From the NCBI RefSeq assembly GCF_006345805.1, contig NC_043005.1:98828001-98892000 (forward strand): a stretch of 64,000 bases of DNA. The letters are read 5' to 3'. The position numbers and the translations under genes are program-made. Shown in pieces: positions 13,156 to 27,714 of the stretch (within the stretch, counting starts at the first letter, position 1; every line of letters starts with the position of its first letter). The stretch comes from Octopus sinensis. Its lineage: Eukaryota. The notes beneath the pieces were generated by a model, which did no database searches, was not told where the DNA came from, and saw only the letters and a list, made by a program, of their open reading frames with translations.

Positions 13156-13311
13156 ATATATATATACCGGAGTAAGCTTCATATATACCGGAGTAAGCTT
13201 CATAAATGTGAAACAAGGTGGAAAAAAGAGTACTCAAATACCAGAGTTTGAGTAATATGCCTTATTTAATATTAAACAGCTTTTGTTATATTTCTGCTGC
13301 TTTTAAATAAG

Positions 13312-13342
<31 letters not shown>

Positions 13343-14349
13343 GGGCCTTTCACCCAATTTCCTTCCCCACTTTAGATACCCCTACCACTCATCATCTCCC
13401 TAACTGTAGCTCTGTCTTGATACCACTCTTTTTACTATGCAGAACCATTTCACTTGTTATCCGCTTTTCATTCATTGATACTCTTCTCTCCACTCACTTT
13501 TTCATTGATCACCTCCACCCTTTGAGCCACCAATTGTCCTTCCTCTCTCTCCCACCACACATCTCCCAATTTCCTCATACACTATGTCTGCTTCTGTTTC
13601 TTCTCCATCTATTGCAACCTATTGGAAATCAATTATCCTCCTCTCACCCTCCTCCTGTTTCATCATCATTGTTTTGCTGCTCTCACTGTCAGGTATCTTC
13701 TACTTTATCCCTCTCATTTTGACCCATCTTGTGTCTTGATGGCCCATCCTGACACCTCATCATCATTATTTTCTTTTATTGCTTCCCAGCTCCACTTGAT
13801 AACACCCACCCTCTTATCTAAAATGTGAGTTGTCATGTGACTCTCCCACTGCAAGAAACCTGTTCTGCTCTGGTTCCTCTTATATTTTTACACTTCATCT
13901 CCTAACATAAAGTTTCCCCCTTGGAGTTTGTAGTCTTCTAAACTTCATGGAGGCCTCACTAGTGCAGGTAGCACAAAAAATATTCTGGACATGCTGTTAA
14001 ATGGTTAGCATAAGGAAGGGCATCTAGCTGTACAAACTATACCAAAATAGACGTCTTGCAGTCCTTGAATCCATTTGATTCTGTCAAACTGTCTAACCCA
14101 TGCCATCATGGAACATGGATGTTAAAAGATGATGAGAATGATGATATCCACCCATCCACACACGCACACATTGCATTGTGTATAGGTAGCCAGAATTGAG
14201 TTGTGCATATTCACTAGATTTATGGCTAGTAATACATATTTATTTGTAGAAGTAGATAGAATATTTATATCCTATGTTTGATATCTTGAGATGTTCTATC
14301 AATTGCAAAGTTATATATATATATATATATATAATATATATATATATAT

Positions 14350-14383
<34 letters not shown>

Positions 14384-15272
14384 ATATATTCATTCATTTA
14401 AATGTTTCTTCCTGTAACAAAAAACATTCAGTCAAGAGGTAATTTAGATATTGTACATAAAAATACTTTAGACATGAAGTAGCTTTGAAAGTTTCTGAAA
14501 GATAAATGAGTTAGTTGAAGGTTTTGATAGGTTTGGATTGTGAGAAAAAAACCCCCAAAAAAACTAAAATCAGAAATAGTAATAACTTATGAGGTTGAAG
14601 ACATTAGATCCATCCAATCCACAAGTTAAAAAAGCAAAAATATCTGTGAAAATGTCAAAGCTGCTGATAGTGAAGATGCTGTTGTCAATCTTTGAAGTTT
14701 GTTTTGATGTCCTCTTCTTGGAGAATTATCATATTGGTTTAACCCATTCATAACAGTATAAGTTAGTTTGTTGCCCAAATTACAAGATTTATCAGTTTTC
14801 AAGATATCTGATCTTAATATATACACACCAAAATCTTAGCAGTTTTTGAAACTTTTCATAAATTTTGTCCAATCTTCAAGGCAGTTTTGAAACTAATATT
14901 TCTTGTGGTCTTTACCCTTGAAAAATTTCTTGAAGGATTGAACTGTACCAGAAATTATATTTGCTGATTTTTATATAGTTTTATACATGCCACCTTGTGA
15001 TATCTTCTTAACTTTAAGACATCTTTACAATGTGGTTGTTTTTGTTATGAATTTGTTGTAATAACAGTGATGATGATGCTACTAATATTAATATTATCAT
15101 TAATGTGTTCTATAAAAGAAGCAAAAGCCATTTTATATTTGGTTAAACTTATAAAATTTCAAAGTTATCTTAATTTTCTTCTTAGTTTAAGTTGCCAAAT
15201 TTGTGCATTGTAGTGACAATATTAATGAAAAAAAATATTGAATTTTATAATTTTTATTTAATCATTGTTTAA

Positions 15273-15494
15273 CCCTTTTATTACCAACCCGACTGAAACC
15301 AGCTCTGGCTCTGTAGTACAAATGTCTTGTTTTCATAAATTTTGAATTAAAATCTTCCACTAAACCTTAGTCACAATTAATGGTCTCTGATACTAGCTTA
15401 ATGATAACTAAGTTATTTTACTAAATTCTTTGTTATATATAAAATAATTGAGAAAAACACAGAGCATCTCAAAATAAATACAGTAACGAAAGGG
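15273..15494. mobile_element. piggyBac-type MITE (222 bp)
   Basis: TTAA-cccttttattac ... gtaacgaaaggg-TTAA. Confidence 0.8.
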
Positions 15495-15778
15495 TTAAAG
15501 ATCATCATCATCATCATCATCATCATTATATGTTCTTCACATAAACAGATCAATTTTTTAAAATAGTTGAAAGAATTAACCAACTTAATCTACTTTTCCT
15601 ACTGCATTCACATTTTAGTGGTTAGTATTAGAAAAGTGCAAAGGTAGCCATGGGTTAACAAGGAGCTTCAAAGCTAAGAGATAAATTATTTCGAGCCAAG
15701 ACTAGAAAGAATTTGTGTTTCTACATAGATGCCATTGTACTTCTCTTATTGAAGTACTGCATGCAATATTTGATGCAG

Positions 15779-15977
15779 AGGTGGTGAGCTGGCAGAGTCA
15801 TTAGCATGCTGGTCAAAATTTTTACTGGCATTTCATCCATCTTTACATTCTGAGTTCAAATTCCATGAAGGTTGACTTTGTCTTTCATCCTTTTGGGGTC
15901 GATAAAATAAGTACCAGTTGAGGGCACTGGTACCCCTTCCCTCGAAATCGCTGTCCTTGTGCCAAAATTTGAAACCA
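15779..15977 (+). mobile_element. SINE family C variant (inverted relatives at about 20355-20540, 20560-20748, 53101-53313)
   Basis: Same head and core, alternative tail ...ccttgtgccaaaatttgaaacc. Confidence 0.75.
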
Positions 15978-17397
15978 GTATTTGGTGCATGGGAGAGAAA
16001 TAGTGTGAGTGACAAATCTGGTAAGAAGTAGTGAGGCAAATAGATAAGAACCAGGGTATTTAGCCTTGCTTGAAGAATTTCTTTTTTCCCAGTTAGAGGC
16101 ATTTCTTTTGCCTAATCACTCCATGTGGAATCTGTTTTCATTGAGTTTAACAGTATCCAATAGAGTTATGTAGCTTATTAGCAATATATTCCAGTTGTTT
16201 ACAGTAGAGTGTTTAGCATAGTTTGCGTAGAACATGGTGTTGTGTTGGTATTGAACTCTTTATGCTGTGAGTTGTAGACTGTTTCAGATCTGAATTTCTT
16301 GATCAAATGCAAACTAAACATTTTCAGATTCATCCAACCAAAGAAAACTCTTCTGTATGCTTGATGCATTTTTTTCTTTCAGTTCTTATTTTTTATTATG
16401 ATTGAGGTTTAATTTTCTAACTTTGACATCTTTAATGGGCCTGGCAAATGTTAGTGAAAGATTTCAATTGTGGACTTTGAGAATTTTTTTCTTGAACAGT
16501 GTAAGTAGATAAGAAAAGTCTTACAGGAAAGATTTTAATCTTGTGCCTTCTGCGTTAGTTAACTTCATCCTATTGTGACCCTGTTTCTTACAAGATTCAA
16601 CAAATTTCCAAAATGATACAAAGAAACAAAAAAAAAAAACAAAACAAAACAAAACATTATATTGAGTTTAACAAAAGACAAGATATTTACCTCCTCATAT
16701 CTTATATTATCATTCATGAAATTTTGATGGAAATATTAATTCAAATATGAATATTTTAATGCCGGCAATGTTAGATATGATATTATTCAAAATGTTAACT
16801 TCCCTGTTATTGTGCTATTGACCAGATGAACTCCCTTTTCTCACTTTCTGAACTATTATCACTTTCTTTCAGATGCCAAATTTTATAATTTTTTTTTTTT
16901 TTTCAACTTTATTTTTCTGTTGTTACAAAATTTCCTTTCACAACTTTCTCCTTTCTGGTTATCAATGAAATCTATTGATAGAAGCCTATTGTGCATAATC
17001 ACATTTAAAATCTTTTGATACGCAGTTTATATTTGTATTCAAATAGTGGTGATTGTATGATTAAAAAAAAATAAAGAGGGTGATTCTTGTTACCTTTTTT
17101 TTTTTTTTTTGTAACAAAGATTTTGTGTATTTCAAGGTTTTATTAATTTCAGAAATTATTAAGAGGTATATCTATCAATTTATATCAGTATCTTTACAGT
17201 TTTGAGGGTTTATTTCCCACCAAAATATTGTTTATTTTACTGATTATTATAACTGTTGTTGTTGTTGTATATTTTATACTAATCAGTCATAATCTAACAT
17301 ACATGCATGTGCAACACGAAAACACATTTCATACACACACGCACACATACACCTGTGTTTATATATATATATATATACATATGTGTGTGTGTGTATA

Positions 17398-17720
17398 TGA
17401 AGAGGTGTAACTTAGTGGTTAGGGTATTTAGCTCATGATCATAAAGTTATGAGTTCGATTCCCAATGGCGTGTTGTGTCCTTGAACAAGACGCTTTTATT
17501 TCATGTTGCTTCAGTCCACTCAGCTGGTAAAACGATTAATACCTGCGTTTCAAAGGGCCAGCCTTGTCGCATTCTGTGTCATGCTAAATCTCCCTGAGAA
17601 CTACATTAAGGGTACGCATGTCTGTGCTCAGCCACTTGCAAGTTAATTTCAGGAACAAGCAGGCTTTTCCATCAATCAAATCAACTGGGACCCTTATCGT
17701 CACAACCAACGAAGTGCCAG
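17398..17720 (+). mobile_element. tRNA-derived SINE (family D-related, different tail)
   Basis: A-box ttagtggttagg, B-box gagttcgattcc, CORE-like ttgtgtccttgaacaag. Confidence 0.7.
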
Positions 17721-17743
17721 CAGCATATATATGCATATACACA

Positions 17744-17804
<61 letters not shown>

Positions 17805-18050
17805 TGCACAGGTGTTCCTCTGTGATTAAGAAGTTCACTTCCCAAGCCAGAATTCTGTTGTCCAATGTGTCTTATTTCAAGACAGTATGGTAGGATGTGA
17901 TGTAGCTTGGCTGCTGTTTCTTGCAGGTTTTATGGGAATAAGAGAGAAAGGTATATAAAAAAAGGGTTTTATGTAAATGAAATGAAATAGTTCCTCATTG
18001 TTGATTTGGGTGAATTAGCCACCTGATGTTACATGATATTAAATGAGTAG

Positions 18051-18270
18051 CTCTTTAGAATTCAGGTTACTGTGTCAAATGTAAAGCTTTCTTATTCAAA
18101 TTGTTCTGAATTAACGAAGCATGATCGCATAGCTTTGAGATTTTGATGATGTGATTGTTTATTTTTAGAATGACAGTGTAGGTTAGATGTGGGAGGCCAG
18201 ATCTGGCCAATTTGAACATAAAACAGGTAGAATATTTGGGCTGGATATCACCTGTTTAAATTCTAAAGGG
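18051..18270 (+). mobile_element. Second piggyBac-type MITE family (partial copies also at about 40737-40883 and 61784-61870)
   Basis: Shared sequence ...ggtagaatatttgggctggat...taaagggtt. The 40883 copy ends in aaaggg-TTAA and the 61784 copy starts TTAA-cctttt. Confidence 0.65.
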
Positions 18271-18800
18271 TTGGATGTTTTGCAACAATTATGTTATACT
18301 ACACATCAGCTGATATATTGTTGTGTTTCTAGTCATGCTGTTAATGTTTTAGATTAAATATTAGCATAGTATTAGATTAAATATTATTAAAGAATACTAT
18401 GGTTTTAAATCCACTTAGTTTCTTCAAACTGGTTACAGTTGAATCACATGATCTGTCAGTTAGGTTTATCTGCCTTTATAACCATTCTGTTAATTACAGA
18501 ATGTGGTGTGTTGATGAATGGCAATCAAGCTTTGTACGATCACAATTGTACATGCTGACTTCACATTCACTACATGACTATGGTAACAAAGCTGAAATGT
18601 CAATTGACTAAAGCACTGCATGTTCTTGTAGAGCTGAATTCAGGAAATTGGCAGTAAATCACTTATTTTTCCTTGAAATTCCATTTGAAGACAATGTTTT
18701 CAATGGGGCCCTACAAGTCACTGAATAGTTTAATGGTTTTATTACATTGTGTAATGAGAAAATGTAATGAATGTGTCTATGTGGTATGTATATATATATA

Positions 18801-18842
<42 letters not shown>

Positions 18843-21800
18843 ATGTATGTATATCATGTTGGGGGTTAAGTTAAGGAAGTTAATAATTTAAGGAGAATTT
18901 ATTGTTGTTTAATCCTGATTCAGTAGAAGTATGTCCAAAGGTATTCCAGTCATGATCAAGCTGTTTTCTTTTTTTTTATTATCAGAAAATACAGTGTCAG
19001 TTGTATCTTTTACCTAAGATAGTAAAATGTGATTTGAGGAAGATTTGACTACTATTTCTCACAACTGTAGCGACCATGTAATTTCATTTAATGGCTTGAT
19101 AGAGAGCCTGTGAATTAGATGGACGAGGGATCCTCTGGGCTATCCTTTTAAATTAAGGTGATCAAAATAGGTACACTCTTAGAGATAGGTGGGACATATT
19201 CCATGATCTGATGTTGTGTAATGTAAAGATTTAATGTTGATTCTACACTAATGTAGTTTTTGGTTTTCAAAAGAAAATTACGACTCTTTGGAGTATTTAT
19301 ATTCCCAATGTTGGGAATACAAAACATTCAAGAAGTGAGGTGTTAGTGGTCACTGAAGTATGTGAAAGGGTTTTTTTAAGTAGGTTCTTGTCCATAAATT
19401 TGGAGTTCTTTGTGTGTGTGTGTGTGTGTGTTGTCTGTGCATTGAAACACATCTTTATCAAGATCAGTAATATTTGTTTGAACTTACAATGATAGCTCAG
19501 TGGCTCAGCCATTTGTGTATGGTTATATGTATCAAGAGTCCAAATATTGGCTTCCATATCACATTATATCCATTGAGTAAGTTCATACCACCTTTTACCT
19601 AAAAGTAGGAACAACCAGCTTATACTTGAACCTCGTGATGAGAGTTTAGATAGATGGATGTTCTCTGTTTGTGTAACATTATAGTATAGACTTGTAAAGT
19701 TTAGTTATGTTTCTACATTAACTAGTTTTCTACCAAGCTGTGCTCTTTGGGATTAGTATTTCCCAGTTGGAAGCACTTCCTTTATATTATTTTATTCATA
19801 GGCATCATACATACATTTAACCCATAACCAACTTAACTTACCATTGGTTAAAGATTCCACTAGACATTGTCATTAATCTACCACTACTAATAAAATATTT
19901 TGCTTTTCATTAATGAGTTAGTTTTAAAATACATACCATACATTATGTTGACCGATACTTGCATCAAATAACGTGACACAATTCAAAGTAAAATGCTTTT
20001 CTGTAATGAACTATTTTTAATATAAATACCACAATTCAAAGCTAAACTGAAAGTGGTAGAGATAAAGGAATTCAAAGTTTTTTTTTTTTTTTAAATATTG
20101 AAATTTTAAAATGATTTGAATTTTATGAATCCTAATAGCAAAGAGCTGCACATTTTGTGTTTGCAATCTGGATGTATTTCTCAATAGCAGAAGTGAAAGT
20201 GGGCAATATTGATAAATTTAATGCATGTAAATGTATTTGATAAATTAAGGTATATTTTGACTCATATTGATTGGAAGTGCAGGAAATTGATGCAAAAATG
20301 CAAATCTGAGGAATATATTTTGACATATATATTTACAAATATTTAAATTCATGGCCCAAGATCATTAGTTTTGAGGGGAGGGGGAAATTAATTACATTAA
20401 CCCCAGTGCTCAGTTGGTACTTATTAAAGAATGAAAGGCAAAGTCAACCTCAGCAACATTTGAACTTGGAATGTAAAACCTGATGAATTACTGCTAAATA
20501 TTTTGTCCTACTCAATGACAATTTTGTTAGCCTGCCGCTTTTATTTACACACAAATATTCATTCTACTCTGGGCACAAGGCCCCTGAAATTTTCGAGTGT
20601 GATGCTGCATTGGTACTTATTTCATCGACCCTTAAATGACGAAAGGTGAATTCAGTCTTGGTGGAATTTGAACTCAGAATATATAGATGGGTGAAATGCC
20701 GCTAAGCATTTTGGTCAACATGCTAACAACTCTGCCAGCTTGCTGCCTTTATTTGCACAGAAATATAACAATACTTTGATACGCTTTTTAATTAATGAAT
20801 CTTTATTATGATAGTGTCATAAGTTACTTGATGTGAGATTAAAACATTTGAATGTCTAGTATATGAATAGATGAAGAGTTTAAAAATCATTAGGATTGCA
20901 GAACTGGAGTTATGTAACATCCACAGTGTCTTGTGGTCAACTGACCAGTATTAACTTGAATCAGTCAACCATTTTTTTTTTCTTTAAGAACTATAACAAA
21001 GCATCAATATTTCTTCAGAAACAACTCAGTCAATTATTTCTTTAAAAAATTGTATAATTGAATATTTGCTTTAAAAAACTCCAAAAAACATCCAACTAAT
21101 TAGCCAGCAGTTCTTCACAATTAGATGATTTTTTAAAAATTAGATGTTTCGCTTTTGAACATTATTGCTCATTAGGAGGTTACTGGAACAGCCTCATATT
21201 TTGTGTGAAAATAATTCACTCCTTAGGCAAACCAAAATATGATATTAAGGAATGATTACGGATGTCTTCTGCATGTCAAATATGCAGTTAAGTGCATACT
21301 TAACTAAATATACTTGAGGTGGTGAACCAAAGTCTGTTTGCAATTTACTCAGAACTAATTATTCAATTAATGAAGTGTTTGTTGTTGAGATTTGATAGAA
21401 ATTAACTAAGACCCAGCAAGACTACAATTGTTGGCAGAATCTGTCTTTCTCTGTTACCACCAGGAACTACTTCCTCTTCTACTGCGGCAACATTGAGTGG
21501 AAAACCCAATCCACAGTCTGGTTTAACATTGCCACTTGTCTCTTTAGTGTCTGCAGTAAAGTGCATATTACAGCAAGTAATCAGATCAAACCTGAGAGTT
21601 ATTTCTGCCTTTCTAGCATCTATTAATTCATAAAATATTTTTTTTTAATTAAAAAAGCAAAAAAACCCCAACAAAAATAAAAAAAAAAACTCATCAACCA
21701 CCTGACCCTATCTCTATAAGACAGTATGTGATCATTAAGTTCTACACAACTGTACAAACTATATTATACTTGTGATAGTGGTTCTTAGGTGATTATGCTC

Positions 21801-22179
21801 ATGCTTATTGTCATTATAATGATAGATAGATAAAAAAAAACCCCAGAAAATAGTTAGCTTGCATTGTATTTATTTAGTTATTGTTTGTTCTTAGAATGTA
21901 AATACAGAAATAAGACTGGTAGGGAAATTCTGTCATATCAAAGTTATTCCTTTAATTTCAACTTTTTCTTTTTGTTGCTATTTCGTCCCATGGTTACCGT
22001 CGGCAGCTTCTTCTGTATCACTGTTATTCATCCTTGTTACTGAGGCGTTGTCATTTAGCTTCAGCTTTTGACAGTTCCTAATTAGATGAGTTCTAACGAG
22101 GAGGCATTCGGCAGTATTGTTATACTAGATAAATTATGCAAAAGAAACCATACATACATACCTATATATATATATATAT

Positions 22180-22218
<39 letters not shown>

Positions 22219-23384
22219 ACATTTAACAATAGAAAAGTTTTGATAATTTTCAGTTCTATGCTTTTAAGAATATTTTTTTGTAAATTTAGGAAACCATTTT
22301 TTGTTGTAGTTACTTGTTCTATTTCTAATTTTGTTTTATTATTTTCTGCAGTATTTTCCATATTTTTGTTGTGTGCATGCGTGTGTACATGTGTGTGCGC
22401 GCGCGTGTGTGTGTGTGTGTGAGAGAGAGAGAAATTCTGTTTTTTGACATTACTAATATTGCAATGTCTCCAAATATCAGACTTTATTGGAAATTGCTTT
22501 TCTTGTCTTTTGCTCCATTTTCTTCAACCCCACCCATTATTTCTAACGTAAACTGGAATTATCTATCAATACACATGAGCACACACATACACACACACAC
22601 ACACAAGTGCTTGCGCACATACACACACACATGCTCCCACACACTTGCATATGCACACTTAGCAAAAATTAGATGAGAAAAAAAAAAGATTTCTATTAGA
22701 AGTGAGTGAAGTGATTAGTCAGTTTTGCTTCCATCCAATTGTATTATCAGTTCGGTTCAGAGATTAAGATATTGTCTTTAGGCATCTCAGTATTTCTTCT
22801 ATTTTTATTCTTTTGTATAAAGAAAATGTATGTAATGTAATGTGTATATGTGTCAAACTCATATGCAAATGTCACTTAGTTTCTTGTGTGTATGTGTATA
22901 TAATATATATATATATACACACACACACATAAACACACATATATATATAAATTTGATTCATTTACATCTGATTTTCTGTACTAGCCTGGCTTAAATAAGC
23001 ATATTATTATGGCATTGTTTTCAAGTCAGACGTCCTTCCTTCGCTAATTCTTACTGGTTTTCTAGGTGAGGAACTTCTTATTTGACACATCTTCAAAAAT
23101 GCAAAGCCAGACTGTTATTTATTTAAACAAGAAATGGCAGTAATATCCTTGTTTGTAGCTCATGACTTTTTGGGAAGTGCAAGTGTAAACACACACACTC
23201 TCCATCCCTCCTCTTTCTCCTCCTCTCTCATGCTGAGCTTCTTTTAGTTTCCTTCTACCAAATCCATATACAAAGCTTCCAGAGCTATATGGAAGATATT
23301 TGCTCCAGGTGCTGTGCAATAGATTGAACCTGAAATCATGCAGTTGGGAAGTAAACTTCTTAACTAATATATATATATATATAT

Positions 23385-24095
23385 CACCTTGACCGACCAG
23401 TCCGTCGAGCGTCCATTTGACACCACTGGTCACAGCACGCTGTCCACTCCTCTCTGGATCATGCCTTCCTCATCCATGTGGTCCCAAACGCCCTCCTAAA
23501 ATTGTAACTCCACTATTGTGGAGGCCTTCCGAGTGGTTGTTTCCGCTCGCGTGGGTACCACTCGACTACTGAATGGGTCCACCAATTATTGATGAGCCTA
23601 GTGACGTGTCCAGCCCACCTAAACTGGACTTCTGTCTGATGGCCTTGCTACTGATGTGCTCTCTCAGCAAGATTCCAGGCATTGACCTCTTCATGGCTCT
23701 TTGAGCCGTTACCAGTCTCTGCTCTTCTCTCTTTCTTGTAGCCCATGTTTCATTACCATATAACATTGCAGGTAGAACTGTTCTATTGATGAGGTTGGCG
23801 TGGGTGGTTCTGTCCAACCTTCCCTTGAGCACATCCCTTTTGCCATTAAATGCCTTCCATGTGGCCCTTACTCTCTGTGAGATCTCTTTTTCGATGTCTT
23901 GGCACAGATTCACTTCCTGTTCAAGGTAGACATATTCCTTTACCTCCTCTATTTCATCACTGCCAACCACCATTCGACCTGTTGGTACATTGTTGGACCA
24001 CATGAATGTTTTCATGCGGTTTATCTTGAGACCCACTGCAGAGCTTTTGATGTTGAGCTCCGTCTGCATGGTCTGAAGCTGATCTGTGGTTTCAG
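23385..24095 (-). mobile_element. RTE LINE 3' fragment
   Basis: VGLKIN..KT..M, EYVYL, EI..RVRA.WKAF, VLPAMLYG.ETW and QRAM.RSM motifs. Confidence 0.85.
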
Positions 24096-24187
24096 CAAAA
24101 TTTAGATTCAGATGAATATGGTACTTAAGTTAAAGGCACCAGAATTTTGTATGGTATTATCCATATAAATCAAATTGGGTGATTATA

Positions 24188-24487
24188 ATCAAAATAAGCA
24201 ACATGTATATCCAAGGTAGAGTAGTACAGTTGTTTCATGCTACTTCATTTTATTAAACACTGTAAGTATTATATCAGTTTTAAAATGTCGAGCAATCTTC
24301 AGCCACATATAGAATTTTCCAATCAAACGCACAATGCACATTGTCTGTTTGATTGGAAAATTCTATAAGTGGCTGAAGATTGCTCGACATTTTAAAACTG
24401 ATGTAATACTTACAGTGTTTAATAAAATGAAGTAGCATGAAACAATTGTACTACTCTACCTTGGATATACATGTTGCTTATTTTGAT
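24188..24487. mobile_element. 300-bp near-perfect palindrome made of two inverted PLE pLTR copies
   Basis: Arms are reverse-complementary about a centre at 24337/24338 (acaatg-ca-cattgt). The right arm is homologous to the pLTR at 5250-5380. Confidence 0.88.
24368..24455 (+). ncRNA. Type I hammerhead ribozyme (mirror copy on - strand at 24220-24307)
   Basis: agtgg-CTGAAGA-[t tgct...agca t]-GAAA-c aatt g-TA-ctact. Confidence 0.75.
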
Positions 24488-25144
24488 ATATATAGTTCAC
24501 GGATGAGATCCCAAGATTCTCTGTATACAAGACACTTAGTTAGTGCTCAGAAGATTCAAACTTAGACTCCGAAGTCTTTATGGGGCATCATTCCGCAAGG
24601 TAAAGAAAGGCTATAAGAGGGATCAAGTTGAGCAGGTATAGAGGCAATTATGTAGATAAACAGATTAGATTATAGAGGCTCGTCTCATTCTATATTAAAT
24701 GCATCCATATGGCTGCATATTGTGATGAACTAAATCCACCAACAGTATTATGAATCACTGAGCCCCCAGAAACGGCTGTTGGGTTTATAACACCTTTCTT
24801 CCTTCTCTTTTATTTTCTCTGTCATTGGACTCTGTGTAATTTGGAACTATTAATATAAATATCTCTATATTTATACATAAAAATTCATCATCTGAAAGCT
24901 TTCACCTTTTATTTTCTTGTGTTTTGCATGTATATATATATAGATTCATGTTTTCTATTTGATGTATTTAATATATGTAATATATTTGATATGTCTGATT
25001 TGTTTATCTGCATAATTGCTTATGTGTGTGTGTGCATGCGTGCATGCGTGCATATATATATGAATATATACACATTGTATGTATATGTACATATCTATAT
25101 ATATTTGTGTGTGTGTATATATATATTTATTTATAAGTATATAT

Positions 25145-25517
25145 GCGTAGGAGCGGCTGTGTGGTAAGTAGCTTGCTTACGAACCACATGGTTCCGGGTT
25201 CAGTCCCACTGCATGGCACCTTGGGCAAGTGTCTTCTACTATAGCCTTGGGCCAACCAAAGCCTTGTGGGTGGATTTGATGGACGGAAACTGATATATAT
25301 GTTTGTGTGTCTGTCCCCTTCCCCCAATATTGCTTGACAATCGATGCTGGTGTGTTTATGTCCCCGTAACTTAGTGGTTTGGCAAAAAAGACTGATAGAA
25401 TAAGTACTAGGCTTACAAAGAATAAGTCCTGGAGTCGATTTGCTCGACTAAAGGTGGTGCTCCAGCATGCCCACAGTCAAATGACTGAAACAAGTAAAAG
25501 AGTAAAAGAGAGTAAGA
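25145..25517 (+). mobile_element. SINE family B, full length
   Basis: Same head, core and tail as 8581-8987. Confidence 0.85.
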
Positions 25518-25608
25518 GTATATATATGTGTGTATATAGATATGTATATATGTATATAGATATATGTATGTATATAGATATATATGTATATAGATATATG
25601 TATGTATG

Positions 25609-25664
<56 letters not shown>

Positions 25665-25667
25665 TGT

Positions 25668-26245
25668 ACTTCATGTATTTAGGACGAATAATAAATTTGG
25701 AAGGCCTCTGTCTAGCAGTTACTCAAAGAATAAATAAGGCTAAAACTGCATTTATAATAATGGAAGTGATCTTCACCTCAGAAAGCATAACACTGCACCA
25801 AATATTGATGCCAATAAACTGTTGTGCTCTTCAAAATGTTTTCTTTGAGGCAGAAACTAGGATAATGTATAGAGCAACGGAAAAGAAGACAGACACCTTT
25901 GAAATATGGATCTTTCATAGATTGGGCTGAATACTCTGGAAGGACAGGGCAAATGCTACAGTACTAGAAATGCTGGAAGTTCAAAGACACTGTTAAGAAT
26001 TAAGTTCACAAAGTTAGAACATTTCAGACATAGAATGTGTCATGAGTCATTGTTGAAGACCATCCTGACTGGAAGTGTGGAAGGGAAGAGAATGGGAGAC
26101 TGTCAGAGATGTTTGTGAACTGACAGCACCATAGAATGGACCGGGAACAGAAACCTGGCTGATTGTATGCATGCAACACAACACAGAGGGAACTGGGGTC
26201 TTTGCAGGCTGACCCCTGGGCACAAGGGAGACACCTGGCTAATGA
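25668..26245 (+). mobile_element. Decayed RTE LINE 3' fragment
   Basis: FMYLG.II, QRINKAKTAF and FEIWIFHRL motifs. Confidence 0.7.
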
Positions 26246-27154
26246 TGGCTCAGAATTACCAGTTTCATGCTTGGACTCAGGTGGTTGTTTAATCTTACGT
26301 TAACTGATGTTGGAATATATTTTGAATATTATACAAAATCTATTGAGAAAATGCTTACCTCTGTCTATAAAACTTCTATTCTATTTTGTTTCTGGCTCTC
26401 ATGGGAAACACCCGATGTGTCTCTCTCTTTTTTTTATTTTCTATTTATGACTGCATTGAATTTAAACCCCCTACTAGGGAGATCACTTCAAGAGTTATCC
26501 TTCTCTTAGGACACATACACACATTCATGCATGCATGCTTCAGACATTTTGTTGTCTAGGATTTGCTCCCACTCAATAAACACTGTTGGATGATATCTTC
26601 TACAATAGCTGTAAGTTAACCAATGTCTTTCAAAAGTAATTTTGTACATGGAAACTGGATGAAGCCCATCATGTTTGTGTATGTATATGCATTCGCTTTG
26701 TCATTGTGTATTGATGGTATTTGACTATAGAAAATATTTGTCTCAGCAAGTCTTACCTGACTCATGCAAACAAGAAAAAAGTGGATGCTTAAACCGTGAT
26801 GATACTATGCATATGTAGGTGCCTATGTGTGTAAACGTATGTATGTATGTATGTATGTATGTATGTATGTATGTATGTATGTATGTATGTATCTATATAT
26901 ATATATATATATAATATATATATATATATATGGGTGAGAGCAAACTTGTGTCTGTACTTATGTGTAATATAGGTTACATACATTACATACATAATCTTGT
27001 CTTTATATAGCATTAGTTTTGATATGCTATTTTTAAAAAAAGATTTATTTTAATACCATATTGTTTTCTCTTGTTACTTTGTTTCTATGGAAGATACAAT
27101 TGAATGTCGAGTCTAGGAAACGATATACACAACCTCAAAAAAAAAAGGAACTTC

Positions 27155-27435
27155 AACTTTAACACTAAATATATGCAACCTTAACAGTAAATATACTCTG
27201 CCATGATAATAAATATACACGGCCTCAGCAGCAACTGCATACAGCCTTAACAGTGATTATAATCTGCTTTAACAGTAAATCTTTCTAACCTTAACAGTAA
27301 ATAAGTGCAGCATTCGTAATAAATGTATGCAGCAGCCTTAGCAGTAAATAGACGGTTTCAGTAATAGATATACATTTACACTGCCTTAACAATGACTATA
27401 TATAGCCTTAGTATATACACAGCCTTAACAGTATA
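27155..27435. repeat. Degenerate minisatellite, unit of about 22 bp (CAGCCTTAACAGTAAATATACA-like)
   Basis: Recurrent ccttaacagtaaat motifs at roughly regular spacing. Confidence 0.65.
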
Positions 27436-27453
27436 TATATATATACATACAAC

Positions 27454-27665
27454 GTGGCGAGATGGCAGAAATATTAGCATGTCGGGTGAAATGCGTAGCC
27501 TTTACGCTCTGAGTTCAAATTCTGCTGAGGTCGACTTTGCCTTTCATCCTTTCAGGGTCGATAAATTAAGTACCAGTTACACACTAGGGTCGATGTAATC
27601 AACTTAATCCATTTGTCTGTCCTTGTTTGTTCCCTCTGTGTTTAGCCCCCTTGTGGGCAATAAAG

Positions 27666-27668
<3 letters not shown>
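27454..27668 (+). mobile_element. SINE family C
   Basis: Collinear with 2298-2528. Confidence 0.82.

Positions 27669-27714
<46 letters not shown>

Noticed and set aside
13156-13237. N-terminus of ORF 12716-13237 (MSTLFSTLFHIYEAYSGIYEAYSG)
   Set aside because: Derives from an adjacent repeat fragment with a short tandem duplication and (TA)n, not from the PLE RT.
27155-27435. CRISPR-like repeat array
   Set aside because: Eukaryotic context, degenerate tandem units without unique spacers, and no cas genes.
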